Origin: Clostridia bacterium
Lineage (GTDB): Bacteria > Bacillota > Clostridia > TANB77 > CAG-465
NCBI GenBank assembly: GCA_045659265.1
Contig: JAZOWO010000135.1
Coordinates: 1 to 39,276, forward strand
Reading direction: 5' to 3'
DNA length: 39,276 nucleotides
Part shown: positions 27,535-36,710 of the stretch, piece after piece
Position numbering within the stretch: the stretch's first letter is position 1
How the letters are laid out: each line of letters opens with the position of its first letter
Notes under the pieces: model-generated
What the model saw: only the letters and a program-made list of their open reading frames with translations
Told to the model about the DNA's origin: nothing
The model's database searches: none
Position numbers and translations under genes: made by a program

Positions 27535-28636
27535 TATAAAGAAGCTAGTTATTAAAATGGCTATATTTGTATTAAATGTAATGTATCTTCCATTTAAATG
27601 TCTAAAAACAAAACATAAGCTTACATATATAAGTAGACAATCAGATACACCATCTATAGATTTTGATTTGTTATATAACAAGATGAAAGAACTAGATAGT
27701 GATTTAGTACAAGTAATGCTTACTAAGAAAATAGGAAAAGGAATAGTAGGAAAACTAAAGTATGGTTTACATACTTTAGTACAAATGTATCATATAGCAA
27801 CTTCTAAAGTTGTTGTAATAGATACATATATAATACCTGTAAGTGTGCTTAAACATAAAAAGAGTCTAAAAGTAGTGCAAATATGGCATGCTTTAGGAGC
27901 TATTAAGAAATTTGGATATCAGTCAATTGGTAAAGGAGAAGGTAGCTCAGAAGTAGTAGCACATACTATGAAAATGCACGCAGGATATGATGCGGTAACT
28001 ACTTCAAGTAGAGTTACAGCTAAATTTTATGCAGAAGCTTTTAATACAGATATAAGCAAAATAAAAGTTGTTGGAATGCCTAGAGTAGATGATATTTTAG
28101 GAGACAATAGAGATACTGAAGTGTTAGATAAAAATCCAGAATACAATGGTAAGAAAACAATATTATATATTCCTACATTTAGAAAAAATGACACAGTCTA
28201 CACAGAAGACATTATAAAATTAGTAGATACAAATAAATATAATTTAGTAATAAAATTACACCCGTTAGATAGTACTAAAGTAGATGATAAATACCTAGTA
28301 AAAGGTGGTTTTTCAACATACGATATGATGAAGTTTGCAGACTATATAATAACAGACTATTCTGCAACAGCAATAGAAGCAAGTGTACTTAACAAACCAT
28401 TATTCTTGTATGTTTACGATTTAGACAACTATAACGAAGTTAGAGGACTAAATGTAAATCTTACAGAAGAATTAAAAACAAGTACCTCTAAAGAATTTAA
28501 AGATATATTAGAAATAATAGAAAACAATACTTATGACTATAAATCTTTAGAAGCTTTTAAGAATAAATATGTTGAAACACACAACATAAACAACACAGAA
28601 AGTGTTTGTAATTTAATTAATGAATATTTGAAATAA
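27515..28636 (+). CDS. CDP-glycerol glycerophosphotransferase family protein (TagB/TagF)
   Basis: QIWHALGAIKKFG, GMPRVD, YIPTFR, KLHP, TDYS. Confidence 0.9.
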   Translation: MIRLVFNIKKLVIKMAIFVLNVMYLPFKCLKTKHKLTYISRQSDTPSIDFDLLYNKMKELDSDLVQVMLTKKIGKGIVGKLKYGLHTLVQMYHIATSKVVVIDTYIIPVSVLKHKKSLKVVQIWHALGAIKKFGYQSIGKGEGSSEVVAHTMKMHAGYDAVTTSSRVTAKFYAEAFNTDISKIKVVGMPRVDDILGDNRDTEVLDKNPEYNGKKTILYIPTFRKNDTVYTEDIIKLVDTNKYNLVIKLHPLDSTKVDDKYLVKGGFSTYDMMKFADYIITDYSATAIEASVLNKPLFLYVYDLDNYNEVRGLNVNLTEELKTSTSKEFKDILEIIENNTYDYKSLEAFKNKYVETHNINNTESVCNLINEYLK

Positions 28637-28637
28637 A

Positions 28638-28718
28638 TAGTTGAGGTAGAGAATTAGTGACACTACGCACCTAGTAATAGGTCAAAAGAAATGCGGGGAC
28701 AGTCACACCCGCCAACTA
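28638..28718 (+). ncRNA. Candidate structured RNA of unknown family
   Basis: Four stems plus complementary loops (GTGAC/GTCAC) and a GNRA loop in a GC-rich patch; directly followed by a terminator. Confidence 0.55.
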
Positions 28719-28719
28719 G

Positions 28720-28746
28720 AAAAGACACCGAAAGGTGTCTTTTTTT
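28720..28746 (+). terminator. Rho-independent terminator
   Basis: AAAAGACACC-GAAA-GGTGTCTTTT-TTT. Confidence 0.85.
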
Positions 28747-28879
28747 ATCCATAAAATAATAAATGTTAAAATTTTTTGTCGAATTACGCGGTCGATTTTT
28801 CTTGCAAAAGTATAAGTCCGGTGGTAATATATTGCTATTATTTTAATCTAAAGTTTTTATTCTGAAAGGTTTGAATCAA

Positions 28880-29068
28880 GTGAGAAAAAACAATTTGTTT
28901 AAATTTGGTTACAATAATTATCAAGGAAAATTAATAATAGACAATAATATATTTTCATATATAGTAAGAATAGGTAAAGCTATGAATGATAATATATTTT
29001 ATGATATAAGCTTAGAATTTATAGGACAAAAAAATAGAACCGATAGCAAAGTACTTGAAACCAGTTAA
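28880..29068 (+). pseudogene. Small ORF or remnant resembling the C-terminal half of a polyvalent-protein nuclease-like domain (LPD3/PBECR type)
   Basis: FGYNNYQGKLIIDNNIFSYIVRIGKAMNDNIFYDI beta-meander pattern; GTG start behind AAAGGT; upstream TTGCAA-N17-TAATAT. The family resemblance is from recall only. Confidence 0.35.
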
Positions 29069-29165
29069 GGTTCTTCACTCAAATCAAGTTCTATTAGAAG
29101 AAGTTATTACCTTAAATGAAGAAATCCAATATTTCAACATTAGTAATAAAGCTTCGTATGATAAA

Positions 29166-29194
29166 AGTATAACATCCTAAAATACACTTGTCAA
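29166..29194 (-). promoter_or_regulatory. Minus-strand SigA promoter with no downstream CDS
   Basis: Reverse complement reads TTGACA-N14-TGT-TATACT (17-nt spacer, extended -10). Confidence 0.65.
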
Positions 29195-29239
29195 TATATC
29201 TAAAGGGACTATGTTAATATATTGTTCACAACTTCCACA

Positions 29240-29268
29240 TTGACTTTACACAAACAATTGTATATAAT
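29240..29268 (+). promoter_or_regulatory. SigA promoter of glyA-topA-CDF
   Basis: TTGACT-N17-TATAAT. Confidence 0.7.
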
Positions 29269-29292
29269 ATGGTGAGCGTAGGAGGATGGTTT

Positions 29293-30522
29293 ATGTATAG
29301 TAATTTAGAAAAAATGGATAAAGAGATTTATGATATAATTAAAAAAGAAGAGAAAAGACAAAGTGAAAATATTGAGCTAATAGCATCAGAAAACTTTGTT
29401 AGCCCAGCTGTTTTAGAAGCTGTAGGTAGTATTTTAACAAATAAATATGCAGAGGGCTATCCAAATGCTAGATATTATGGTGGATGCCATAATATAGACG
29501 AAATAGAAGCTTTAGCAATATCTAGAGCTAAAGAATTATTTGGCGCAGAGCATGTAAATGTACAACCACATAGTGGATCACAAGCTAATATGGCGGTATA
29601 TATGTCAGTATTAGAAGTGGGAGATACAGTTCTTGGAATGGACTTATCTAACGGTGGGCATTTAACACATGGAAGTAAAGTAAACTTTTCAGGAAAGTTA
29701 TATAACTTTGTTGCATATGGTATAAATGAAAATGGATATATAGATTATGAGGATGTTCTAGCTAAAGCATTAGAATTTAAACCAAAGATGATAGTTGCAG
29801 GAGCAAGTGCCTACCCAAGAAGTATAGATTTTGCTAAATTTAGAGAAATAGCAGATAAAGTAGGAGCATACTTAATGGTAGATATGGCACACATTGCTGG
29901 TCTTGTAGCAGCTGGTGAACATATGTCTCCAGTACCTTATGCAGACTTTGTTACAACTACAACACACAAAACTTTAAGAGGACCTCGTGCAGGATTAATA
30001 CTTTGCAAAAAAGACTATGCAAAGAAATTAGATAAAACAATATTCCCAGGAATACAAGGTGGACCTTTAGAACATGTTATTGCTGGTAAAGCAGTATGCT
30101 TTGGTGAAGCATTAAAACCTGAGTTTAAGGAATATGCACATAATATAATACTTAATGCAAAAGCATTAGCAGATGCATTAATTGGATACGGATTTAACTT
30201 AGTATCTAATGGAACAGATAACCATTTGATGCTTATAGATCTAAGAAATAAAGGAATAACTGGTAAGGAAGCTACAGAATGGCTAGATAATGTTGGAATA
30301 ACAGTAAATAAAAATTCTGTACCAAATGACCCAGAAAAACCAACTGTAACAAGTGGTATCCGTGTAGGAACAGCTGCTGTTACAACTAAAGGATTAAAAG
30401 AAGAAGACATGAAGGTGCTTGCAGAAGCTATGGACTTAACTTTAAGAAAAGATAATACTGAAGAAAATATAGCTTACGCAAAAGAATTAGTAGCAGTATT
30501 ACGTGGGAGGTATACAGCTTAA
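29293..30522 (+). CDS. glyA: Serine hydroxymethyltransferase
   Basis: [32 protein letters not shown]; ATG 29293 behind AGGAGG. Confidence 0.98.
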   Translation: MYSNLEKMDKEIYDIIKKEEKRQSENIELIASENFVSPAVLEAVGSILTNKYAEGYPNARYYGGCHNIDEIEALAISRAKELFGAEHVNVQPHSGSQANMAVYMSVLEVGDTVLGMDLSNGGHLTHGSKVNFSGKLYNFVAYGINENGYIDYEDVLAKALEFKPKMIVAGASAYPRSIDFAKFREIADKVGAYLMVDMAHIAGLVAAGEHMSPVPYADFVTTTTHKTLRGPRAGLILCKKDYAKKLDKTIFPGIQGGPLEHVIAGKAVCFGEALKPEFKEYAHNIILNAKALADALIGYGFNLVSNGTDNHLMLIDLRNKGITGKEATEWLDNVGITVNKNSVPNDPEKPTVTSGIRVGTAAVTTKGLKEEDMKVLAEAMDLTLRKDNTEENIAYAKELVAVLRGRYTA

Positions 30523-32612
30523 TGGCTAACAAATTAGTAATAGTGGAATCACCATCAAAAGCAAAAACTATAAAAAAATACCTAGGAAGCGATTATGATG
30601 TAATCGCTTCTCAAGGCCATATTATAGACTTACCTGCAAGTAGAATGGGTGTAGACACAGAAAATGGCTTTAAACCTGAATATATTAAAATGAAGGGTAA
30701 AGCAAAATTAATAAAAGATATAAAAGACCTTGCCAAAGGTAAAGATAAAGTTCTTATCGCAACCGACCCTGACCGTGAGGGAGAAGCAATAGCATGGCAT
30801 TTAAGAAATGAACTTAAAATAAAAGAAGCAGAAAAGTGTAGAATAGAGTTCCATGAGATAACAGAAGGAGCAGTAACGACTGCAGTTAAAAGTCCAAGAA
30901 CTATAGATATGAACACTGTAGATGCTCAACAAGCAAGAAGAATATTAGATAGACTTGTTGGTTACAAAATCAGTCCGCTTTTATGGAAAAAAGTAAAAAG
31001 AGGATTAAGTGCGGGTCGTGTGCAATCTGTTACTCTTAGAATAATAATGGATAGAGAACAAGAGATTAGAGATTTTGTTCCAGAAGAGTATTGGCTACTT
31101 GATGTAATACTAGAAAAAGATAAAGAACCTAAACTTGTTTACGCTAAGTTCTACGGCGACGTAAACGGCAAAATAGAGCTTAAAGAAGAACAACAAGTAA
31201 ATAATATAGTAAATAGTATAAAAGGCGGTAAATACACTGTTACAGACGTTAAAGTAACAGAAAAAAGAAAGAGTCCACCGCCACCATTTACAACATCATC
31301 GCTTCAAATAGATGCTTCAAGAAGATTAGGCTTCCCAGTTAAGAAGACAATGATGGTTGCGCAAAAGTTATATGAAGCTGGATTTATTACATATATGAGA
31401 ACAGACTCTACAAGAGTTTCAGACGATGCAATAAAAATGGCAAAAGCATATATTTGCAAAACATATGGTGAACAATATTACTTAAACAGAAACTATAAGA
31501 CTAAAGAGGGCGCACAAGATGCCCACGAAGCTATACGTCCAACGCATTTGGGAAGTTTGTCAGCTGTAGAAACTGAACTAGGACGCGATGAAGCAAGACT
31601 TTATACATTAATATTTAATAGATTTGTTGCAAGTAGAATGGAAGCTTGTGTATATGACTTTACTAAAGTAACACTTAATGTAAACGATTATATATTCCAT
31701 GCAACAGGTTCTGTAATTAAATTTGATGGATTTATGGCGTTATATAAAGAGTCTAAGGAAGATAACAAGAAAGTAGAAGAAGAGGATTTAGATGAAGAGT
31801 CTAAAGAACTTCCAAAACTTGAAATTGGAGATGTACTAACAGAAAATAAATTAAACTTTGCACAAAAGTTTACTGAACCACCTTCAAGATATAGTGAAGC
31901 AACACTAGTTAAAGTAATGGAGGAAAAAGGTATAGGAAGACCAAGTACATACGCTCCAACAATCTCTACTTTAATAGATAGATTCTATGTAGAAAAAGAC
32001 GGCAGAATGTTAGTTCCAACTGAACTTGGAGAAGTAGTAAACAAGATAATGGTTGAGCACTTTGAAGATATAGTTGACATTACATTTACTGCAGATATGG
32101 AATCTAAACTAGATGGAGTAGCTGAGGGAACAACAGATTATGTAGCAATGCTTACAAACTTCTATGAACCATTTGTAAAGAATTTAGAGAAAGTAGAAGG
32201 AAGCATTGAACATGTAAAACTAGCAGATAAAGAAACAGATGTAGTATGTGAACTATGCGGAAGAAATATGGTTATTAAACGTGGTAAATTTGGAGAATTC
32301 TTAGCATGTCCTGGTTATCCAGAATGTAAGAATGCAAAACCAATTGTAAACAGTATTAAAGAACCTTGTCCACATTGTGGTGGTAAAGTTTTAGTTCGTA
32401 AGAGTAAAGCTAAGAAAACATTCTATGTATGCGAAAATAATACAAATGATGAAAACAAAAAATGTGATTATATATCTTGGAACAAACCAGGAGCTCCTGA
32501 GAAAAAGTTTGTAAGAAAAGCTACAAAGAAAACAGCAGCAAAAACAACAACCAAAAAAACAGCTGCAAAGAAAACTACTACTAAGAAGACTACTAAAAAA
32601 GCTAGTAAATAA
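30522..32612 (+). CDS. topA: DNA topoisomerase I
   Basis: IVESPSKAK, ATDPDREGE, SAGRVQS, ITYMRTDS, zinc ribbons, Lys-rich tail; TAATG overlap with glyA. Confidence 0.98.
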   Translation: MANKLVIVESPSKAKTIKKYLGSDYDVIASQGHIIDLPASRMGVDTENGFKPEYIKMKGKAKLIKDIKDLAKGKDKVLIATDPDREGEAIAWHLRNELKIKEAEKCRIEFHEITEGAVTTAVKSPRTIDMNTVDAQQARRILDRLVGYKISPLLWKKVKRGLSAGRVQSVTLRIIMDREQEIRDFVPEEYWLLDVILEKDKEPKLVYAKFYGDVNGKIELKEEQQVNNIVNSIKGGKYTVTDVKVTEKRKSPPPPFTTSSLQIDASRRLGFPVKKTMMVAQKLYEAGFITYMRTDSTRVSDDAIKMAKAYICKTYGEQYYLNRNYKTKEGAQDAHEAIRPTHLGSLSAVETELGRDEARLYTLIFNRFVASRMEACVYDFTKVTLNVNDYIFHATGSVIKFDGFMALYKESKEDNKKVEEEDLDEESKELPKLEIGDVLTENKLNFAQKFTEPPSRYSEATLVKVMEEKGIGRPSTYAPTISTLIDRFYVEKDGRMLVPTELGEVVNKIMVEHFEDIVDITFTADMESKLDGVAEGTTDYVAMLTNFYEPFVKNLEKVEGSIEHVKLADKETDVVCELCGRNMVIKRGKFGEFLACPGYPECKNAKPIVNSIKEPCPHCGGKVLVRKSKAKKTFYVCENNTNDENKKCDYISWNKPGAPEKKFVRKATKKTAAKTTTKKTAAKKTTTKKTTKKASK

Positions 32613-32627
32613 TAATTAGGAGAGTTT

Positions 32628-33494
32628 ATGACAAATAATAAAAGTAATGAGGTAAAAAGAGTAGGGGCTATAGGAGTTATAGCCAATCTCTTTTTGCTTA
32701 GTATAAAATTTGTAGTGGGATTTGTATTTAAATCTCAAGGATTAATAGCAGATGCAATAAATAGTTTTGGAGATGTATTTTCATCTTTAGTAACTTTTGT
32801 TGGTGGAAAGGTTTCATCTAAACCAGCAGATGATGATCATGAATTTGGACATGGTAAAGCAGAATTTGTAGCATCGTTATTAATTGGAATATTTATGGTA
32901 TTCGTAAGTTTCAAAACAATTAAAAGCGGATTCAATTCAATTATAAACAAAGAGGGATTAACATTCTCATTAATATTACTTGTAGTTCCAGTAATAACAA
33001 TTATAGTAAAAGCTTGTCTTTTAGCATATTGCAAAAAGCTAGCTAAAACAAACAATTCGTTATTACTTGAAGCAAATGCAAAAGACCATAGAAACGATAT
33101 ATTATTATCTCTTGGTGTACTTGTTGGAATAGTTGCAAGTATATATGGATATACATTTGTAGATGGATTAGTAGGTATTGCTATTTCTGGTGTTATAGTA
33201 GTAACAGGAATAGGGATAATAAAAGAATCTTATGATGTATTAATAGATAAATGTATTGATGCAGATATTGTAGATGAAATGAAAAAGAAAATAGAAGAAA
33301 TACAAGGGGTTAATCATATAGATAGTATTAAGTCTAAACCAACTGGAACTCTTCATATGATGGTAATTAAAGTATCTGTAAATCCAGATATGACGGTAAG
33401 AGAAAGCCATAAGATAGCAGGAATAATACGTGATACAGTATGTAAAAACGATAATGTCTATGATGCAGTTGTACATATAAATCCAGATGAATAA
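32628..33494 (+). CDS. Cation diffusion facilitator (FieF-like) transporter
   Basis: ADAINS, KPADDDHEFGHGKAE, DHRND, VHINP; terminator at 33523-33551. Confidence 0.92.
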   Translation: MTNNKSNEVKRVGAIGVIANLFLLSIKFVVGFVFKSQGLIADAINSFGDVFSSLVTFVGGKVSSKPADDDHEFGHGKAEFVASLLIGIFMVFVSFKTIKSGFNSIINKEGLTFSLILLVVPVITIIVKACLLAYCKKLAKTNNSLLLEANAKDHRNDILLSLGVLVGIVASIYGYTFVDGLVGIAISGVIVVTGIGIIKESYDVLIDKCIDADIVDEMKKKIEEIQGVNHIDSIKSKPTGTLHMMVIKVSVNPDMTVRESHKIAGIIRDTVCKNDNVYDAVVHINPDE

Positions 33495-33602
33495 GATATA
33501 TAAATTAAAAATATAAAGGAATAAAGCAGCACAAAACTTGTGTTGCTTTTTGTCGTTTTATGGTATAATGTGTGTATGTTAACATATTAAAGAGGTAATA
33601 AT

Positions 33603-34190
33603 ATGAAGAAACCAAAGAAGAGTGGAGCGGCTCTTTTAATAGATATAATAATAGAAATATGTACAATTCTATTTGTATTTTGCTTTATAGTATATTACAC
33701 GGGATATTTTAAGAATGATGTTGTGCTATATACAGGAGTAACTGCGTTCACGATTGTATACCAATTAGGATTAAGATTACTTTTTGGAGTTTTAACAACT
33801 AGCTTTAAGGATAAATTAACTACTAAGCAATTCCTTTTTAAGGAAAGAAAATTTGAGAAAAAGCTATACGAAACATTAAAAGTAAAGAAGTGGAAGAAAA
33901 GAGCATTAACATATGATCCAGAAGCTTTTAATTTAAGGAAGAATACTAAAAAACAAGTTCTACAAACTATGCTTAAATCTGAACTAGACCACTGGATAAA
34001 TGAATTAATTTCGCTATCTACTTTGTTATTTGCGCTTATCTGGGGAGAATTTGGAATATTCTTAGTTACATGTATACTAGCAATGTTATTTGATGGACAG
34101 TTTATATTAATTCAAAGATTTAACAGACCAAGAGTAGAGAGATTAATTGAAAAAGAAGATAAAATTAAAGGTAAAAAGAAGATAGCATAA
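33603..34190 (+). CDS. CrtO-like (glycosyl-4,4'-diaponeurosporenoate acyltransferase family) membrane protein
   Basis: E.KLYE.LKVKKWK, SELDHW and IQRFNRPR motifs. Confidence 0.7.
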   Translation: MKKPKKSGAALLIDIIIEICTILFVFCFIVYYTGYFKNDVVLYTGVTAFTIVYQLGLRLLFGVLTTSFKDKLTTKQFLFKERKFEKKLYETLKVKKWKKRALTYDPEAFNLRKNTKKQVLQTMLKSELDHWINELISLSTLLFALIWGEFGIFLVTCILAMLFDGQFILIQRFNRPRVERLIEKEDKIKGKKKIA

Positions 34191-34202
34191 AGGAGATAGA
34201 AT

Positions 34203-35228
34203 ATGAAAAAAAGTATAAAAATATTAATAATTATAATTGTAGTTATAGGAGTGTTTATTGGATTAATGTATTTAAATCCTATTATAAATGATTGGAAATT
34301 GAATAATGAAAGAATAAATGATAGCAAAACATTAACTAGATATATTGAAAATCATGACCAATGGCATACATACGCAATGAATGAAACATTTGAATTTTTA
34401 GGATTTGCACAAAAAGGAATTGAAACAGAAGTTTTAAAAAATACTCGAGTTTTGTATTATGATTATAGAGATGATGGTAATGGATGGATATTAGTATTAG
34501 ATAATAATAAAATATATGAAACAGTTTGGGGTACAGATAGAATATATAGTAATAATAAACAATATAAAGAAGTAGAGTTAGATGTAGAAGTAAAAAGGAT
34601 TGAACAGCATAACACTGATATGTATAACGATATATATGTAATAAGTAAAAATGATAAATGCTACAGACTGGATAAAAACTCTATGGAATTGAATGAGATA
34701 GATGATAATTATTTAATTTATATTTTATTAAAAGATGAAACAATAAAAAAAGTAATTACAGATTTCCATAATAATGAAGATGTATACACAGAATATTTAG
34801 TATTAAAAACTGACGGACAGGTATATAAACAATCATATGGATTGACATTTAATCATAAGACAAATAAAAGCGAGTACCCACTTTTAAAAGAAGAAGTATA
34901 TTTATCTAGTGCAGAATACGGAAAAATTATAGATGTAGAATGGGGAAATAATATATGTAATTCCGCTAATTCTACAATTTCAAACGAAGAAAGAGGAATT
35001 ATAAAAATTGTAAGTGATAATGGATTGTATTATTTAAAACAAACTAATACAGAAGAAACGAAAAAATATGCAGATATAAAACCTATTTTCGAAATGTCTA
35101 AAAGCGAAATATATGAAAAATATAAAGAAGATATTCTTACAATGAATTGCGACTATGTATTTACTAAAGATGGTAATGTAATTAATACAGGCTATCTATG
35201 TAACCCGTTAGATAAAGAGGTTAAATAA
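34203..35228 (+). CDS. Hypothetical membrane-anchored protein
   Basis: RBS AAGGAG; N-terminal TM; beta-rich body (LVLKTDGQVY). Confidence 0.65.
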   Translation: MKKSIKILIIIIVVIGVFIGLMYLNPIINDWKLNNERINDSKTLTRYIENHDQWHTYAMNETFEFLGFAQKGIETEVLKNTRVLYYDYRDDGNGWILVLDNNKIYETVWGTDRIYSNNKQYKEVELDVEVKRIEQHNTDMYNDIYVISKNDKCYRLDKNSMELNEIDDNYLIYILLKDETIKKVITDFHNNEDVYTEYLVLKTDGQVYKQSYGLTFNHKTNKSEYPLLKEEVYLSSAEYGKIIDVEWGNNICNSANSTISNEERGIIKIVSDNGLYYLKQTNTEETKKYADIKPIFEMSKSEIYEKYKEDILTMNCDYVFTKDGNVINTGYLCNPLDKEVK

Positions 35229-35237
35229 TAAATAAAA

Positions 35238-35274
35238 AAATAAAGCCGTTAAGAAAAATCTTAACGGTTTTATT
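35238..35274. terminator. Bidirectional terminator between the hypothetical gene and tRNA-Lys
   Basis: AATAAAGCCGTTAAGA-AAAA-TCTTAACGGTTTTATT. Confidence 0.8.
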
Positions 35275-35350
35275 TGGTGCGCGATCGGGGACTCGAACCC
35301 CGGACCAATAGATTAAGAGTCTACTGCTCTACCAACTGAGCTAATCGCAC
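35275..35350 (-). tRNA. tRNA-Lys (CTT)
   Basis: Reverse complement GTGCGATTAGCTCAGTTGGTAGAGCAGTAGA-CTCTTAA-TCTATTGGTCCGGGGTTCGAGTCCCCGATCGCGCACCA. Confidence 0.97.
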
Positions 35351-35476
35351 ATCAGCTACGATATTTATTATAACAAAAAGAAAATAAAATGTAAAGTATA
35401 AATGTAAAATAAAATAATAAAAAAGTAAACAAAAGAAAGAAAAACGGTACAATCAATAGATTGTACCGCTAGAAAT

Positions 35477-35929
35477 TTAACGAAGAGCCTGTACATAGTG
35501 GGGAATAGCACTTTGTATTTTTTCAAGTCTTTCGTTAAGTTCTTCGAGAGATTGTGGCTGGTCGGTAGAAGCAGCGTATGCATCATAGTTGGCGATTCTG
35601 TTTTCAAGAAGTTTTACCAACTCTTTAAGCATTTCTAAACGCTTAGTAAGTTTTTCACGTTCGATTGTCCGCTTATCAAAAGCTTCTTCCCAACGATTGC
35701 TACGAATTGCTTTCCCTCTATAGGAACTGTTAACAACCTTAGCATATATTGCTTCAGAAACAGTTGTTGAGAGAATGTTTTCTGCTATGCCACGCCAAAG
35801 AATGTTGGAGACGAGTCTCCCAGAGATTCCGTGATTAGCGCCGACATGTTCAAATGTTACATAGCTACCAGATAAATATTCCTTTGCCATTAACCATATT
35901 GACCTTCGGTCAACGTCTTTCGATTTCAT
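35477..35929 (-). CDS. Hypothetical HTH-like/coiled-coil protein, paralogue A
   Basis: ATG 35929 behind AAAGGA/GGAGG; shares MA.EYLSGSYV and SNILWRGIAENI with its neighbour; promoter 36010-35982; terminator 35445-35468. Confidence 0.75.
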   Translation of the reverse strand: MKSKDVDRRSIWLMAKEYLSGSYVTFEHVGANHGISGRLVSNILWRGIAENILSTTVSEAIYAKVVNSSYRGKAIRSNRWEEAFDKRTIEREKLTKRLEMLKELVKLLENRIANYDAYAASTDQPQSLEELNERLEKIQSAIPHYVQALR

Positions 35930-36057
35930 TTTTCCTTTAACCTCCAAATTTATTTGTGGTACTACTTTTAACTACGGGTATATTATAACACACTTTACAT
36001 AAGAATACAAGGAAAAATCCTGACTACATATTGTAATCAGGATTTTATTTCCTTTTG

Positions 36058-36522
36058 TTAGGACAGGGCTTCGATTTTTCTTATGACTTCGTCGAGTTTA
36101 TCTTGAAGTTCTTCTTTTGATGGGCCTTCGTCTTCATTTGTAAAGTAGCTATCGTAGCTTGCGAGTGCATGCTCGTAATACTCTTTAAGGGCCTCGAGAT
36201 TAAGAAGTTTTTCTTGGATTTTTGCTTCACGTTCTTGTTCACGGATAAACTCATCGCGTCTGTCAAAAGCTTCATCCCACCGCATCTTTCGCTGATACCA
36301 ACCGATAGAGGGCTTGTCTACAACTTTATTGTAGATACATTTTGCTACTCTTGTGTCGATAATATTTTCAGCGATTCCACGCCAAAGGATGTTGGAAATG
36401 GTTGTTGCGGTTGTCCGGTATTTCGTAGCTATCGTTTTTAACGATACATATGAACCAGAGAGGTACTCACTGGCCATTCTACGAATTGTGCGTTCGTCGA
36501 CATTCTTTACTACAAGTGCCAT
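36058..36522 (-). CDS. Hypothetical HTH-like/coiled-coil protein, paralogue B
   Basis: RBS GGAGG; promoter TTGAAT-N17-TATAAT (36601-36573); terminator 36013-36046. Confidence 0.75.
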   Translation of the reverse strand: MALVVKNVDERTIRRMASEYLSGSYVSLKTIATKYRTTATTISNILWRGIAENIIDTRVAKCIYNKVVDKPSIGWYQRKMRWDEAFDRRDEFIREQEREAKIQEKLLNLEALKEYYEHALASYDSYFTNEDEGPSKEELQDKLDEVIRKIEALS

Positions 36523-36710
36523 GTTTTAAACCTCCAAAATTATTTGGTTTCCGTGCTATCACCACTATTTTAATTATAACATTTTTTTAGCATAAATTCA
36601 ACAATTTGTTTTAATAAAATGAATTGTATGGATTGGCTAGTCTAGTTGAAATAATATTCATATTGTGATATAATTTATAAAGTCCTAATAGAATATTAAA
36701 GGGTGGATTT

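Noticed and set aside
29222-29239. DnaA-box-like TTGTTCACA/ACTTCCACA
   Set aside because: Both are mismatched and only two occur; too weak in AT-rich DNA to call an origin or a regulatory site.
28638-29292. Known riboswitch (ZTP, THF, glycine, lysine, c-di-GMP-II) or twister/hatchet ribozyme upstream of glyA
   Set aside because: The conserved cores are not found. CACTAC/GTAGAG recalls twister P2, but the other twister elements are missing. glyA has its own promoter ~25 nt from its start.
33495-35350. Island integrated at tRNA-Lys
   Set aside because: No duplicate of the tRNA-Lys 3' end was seen and no integrase is present.
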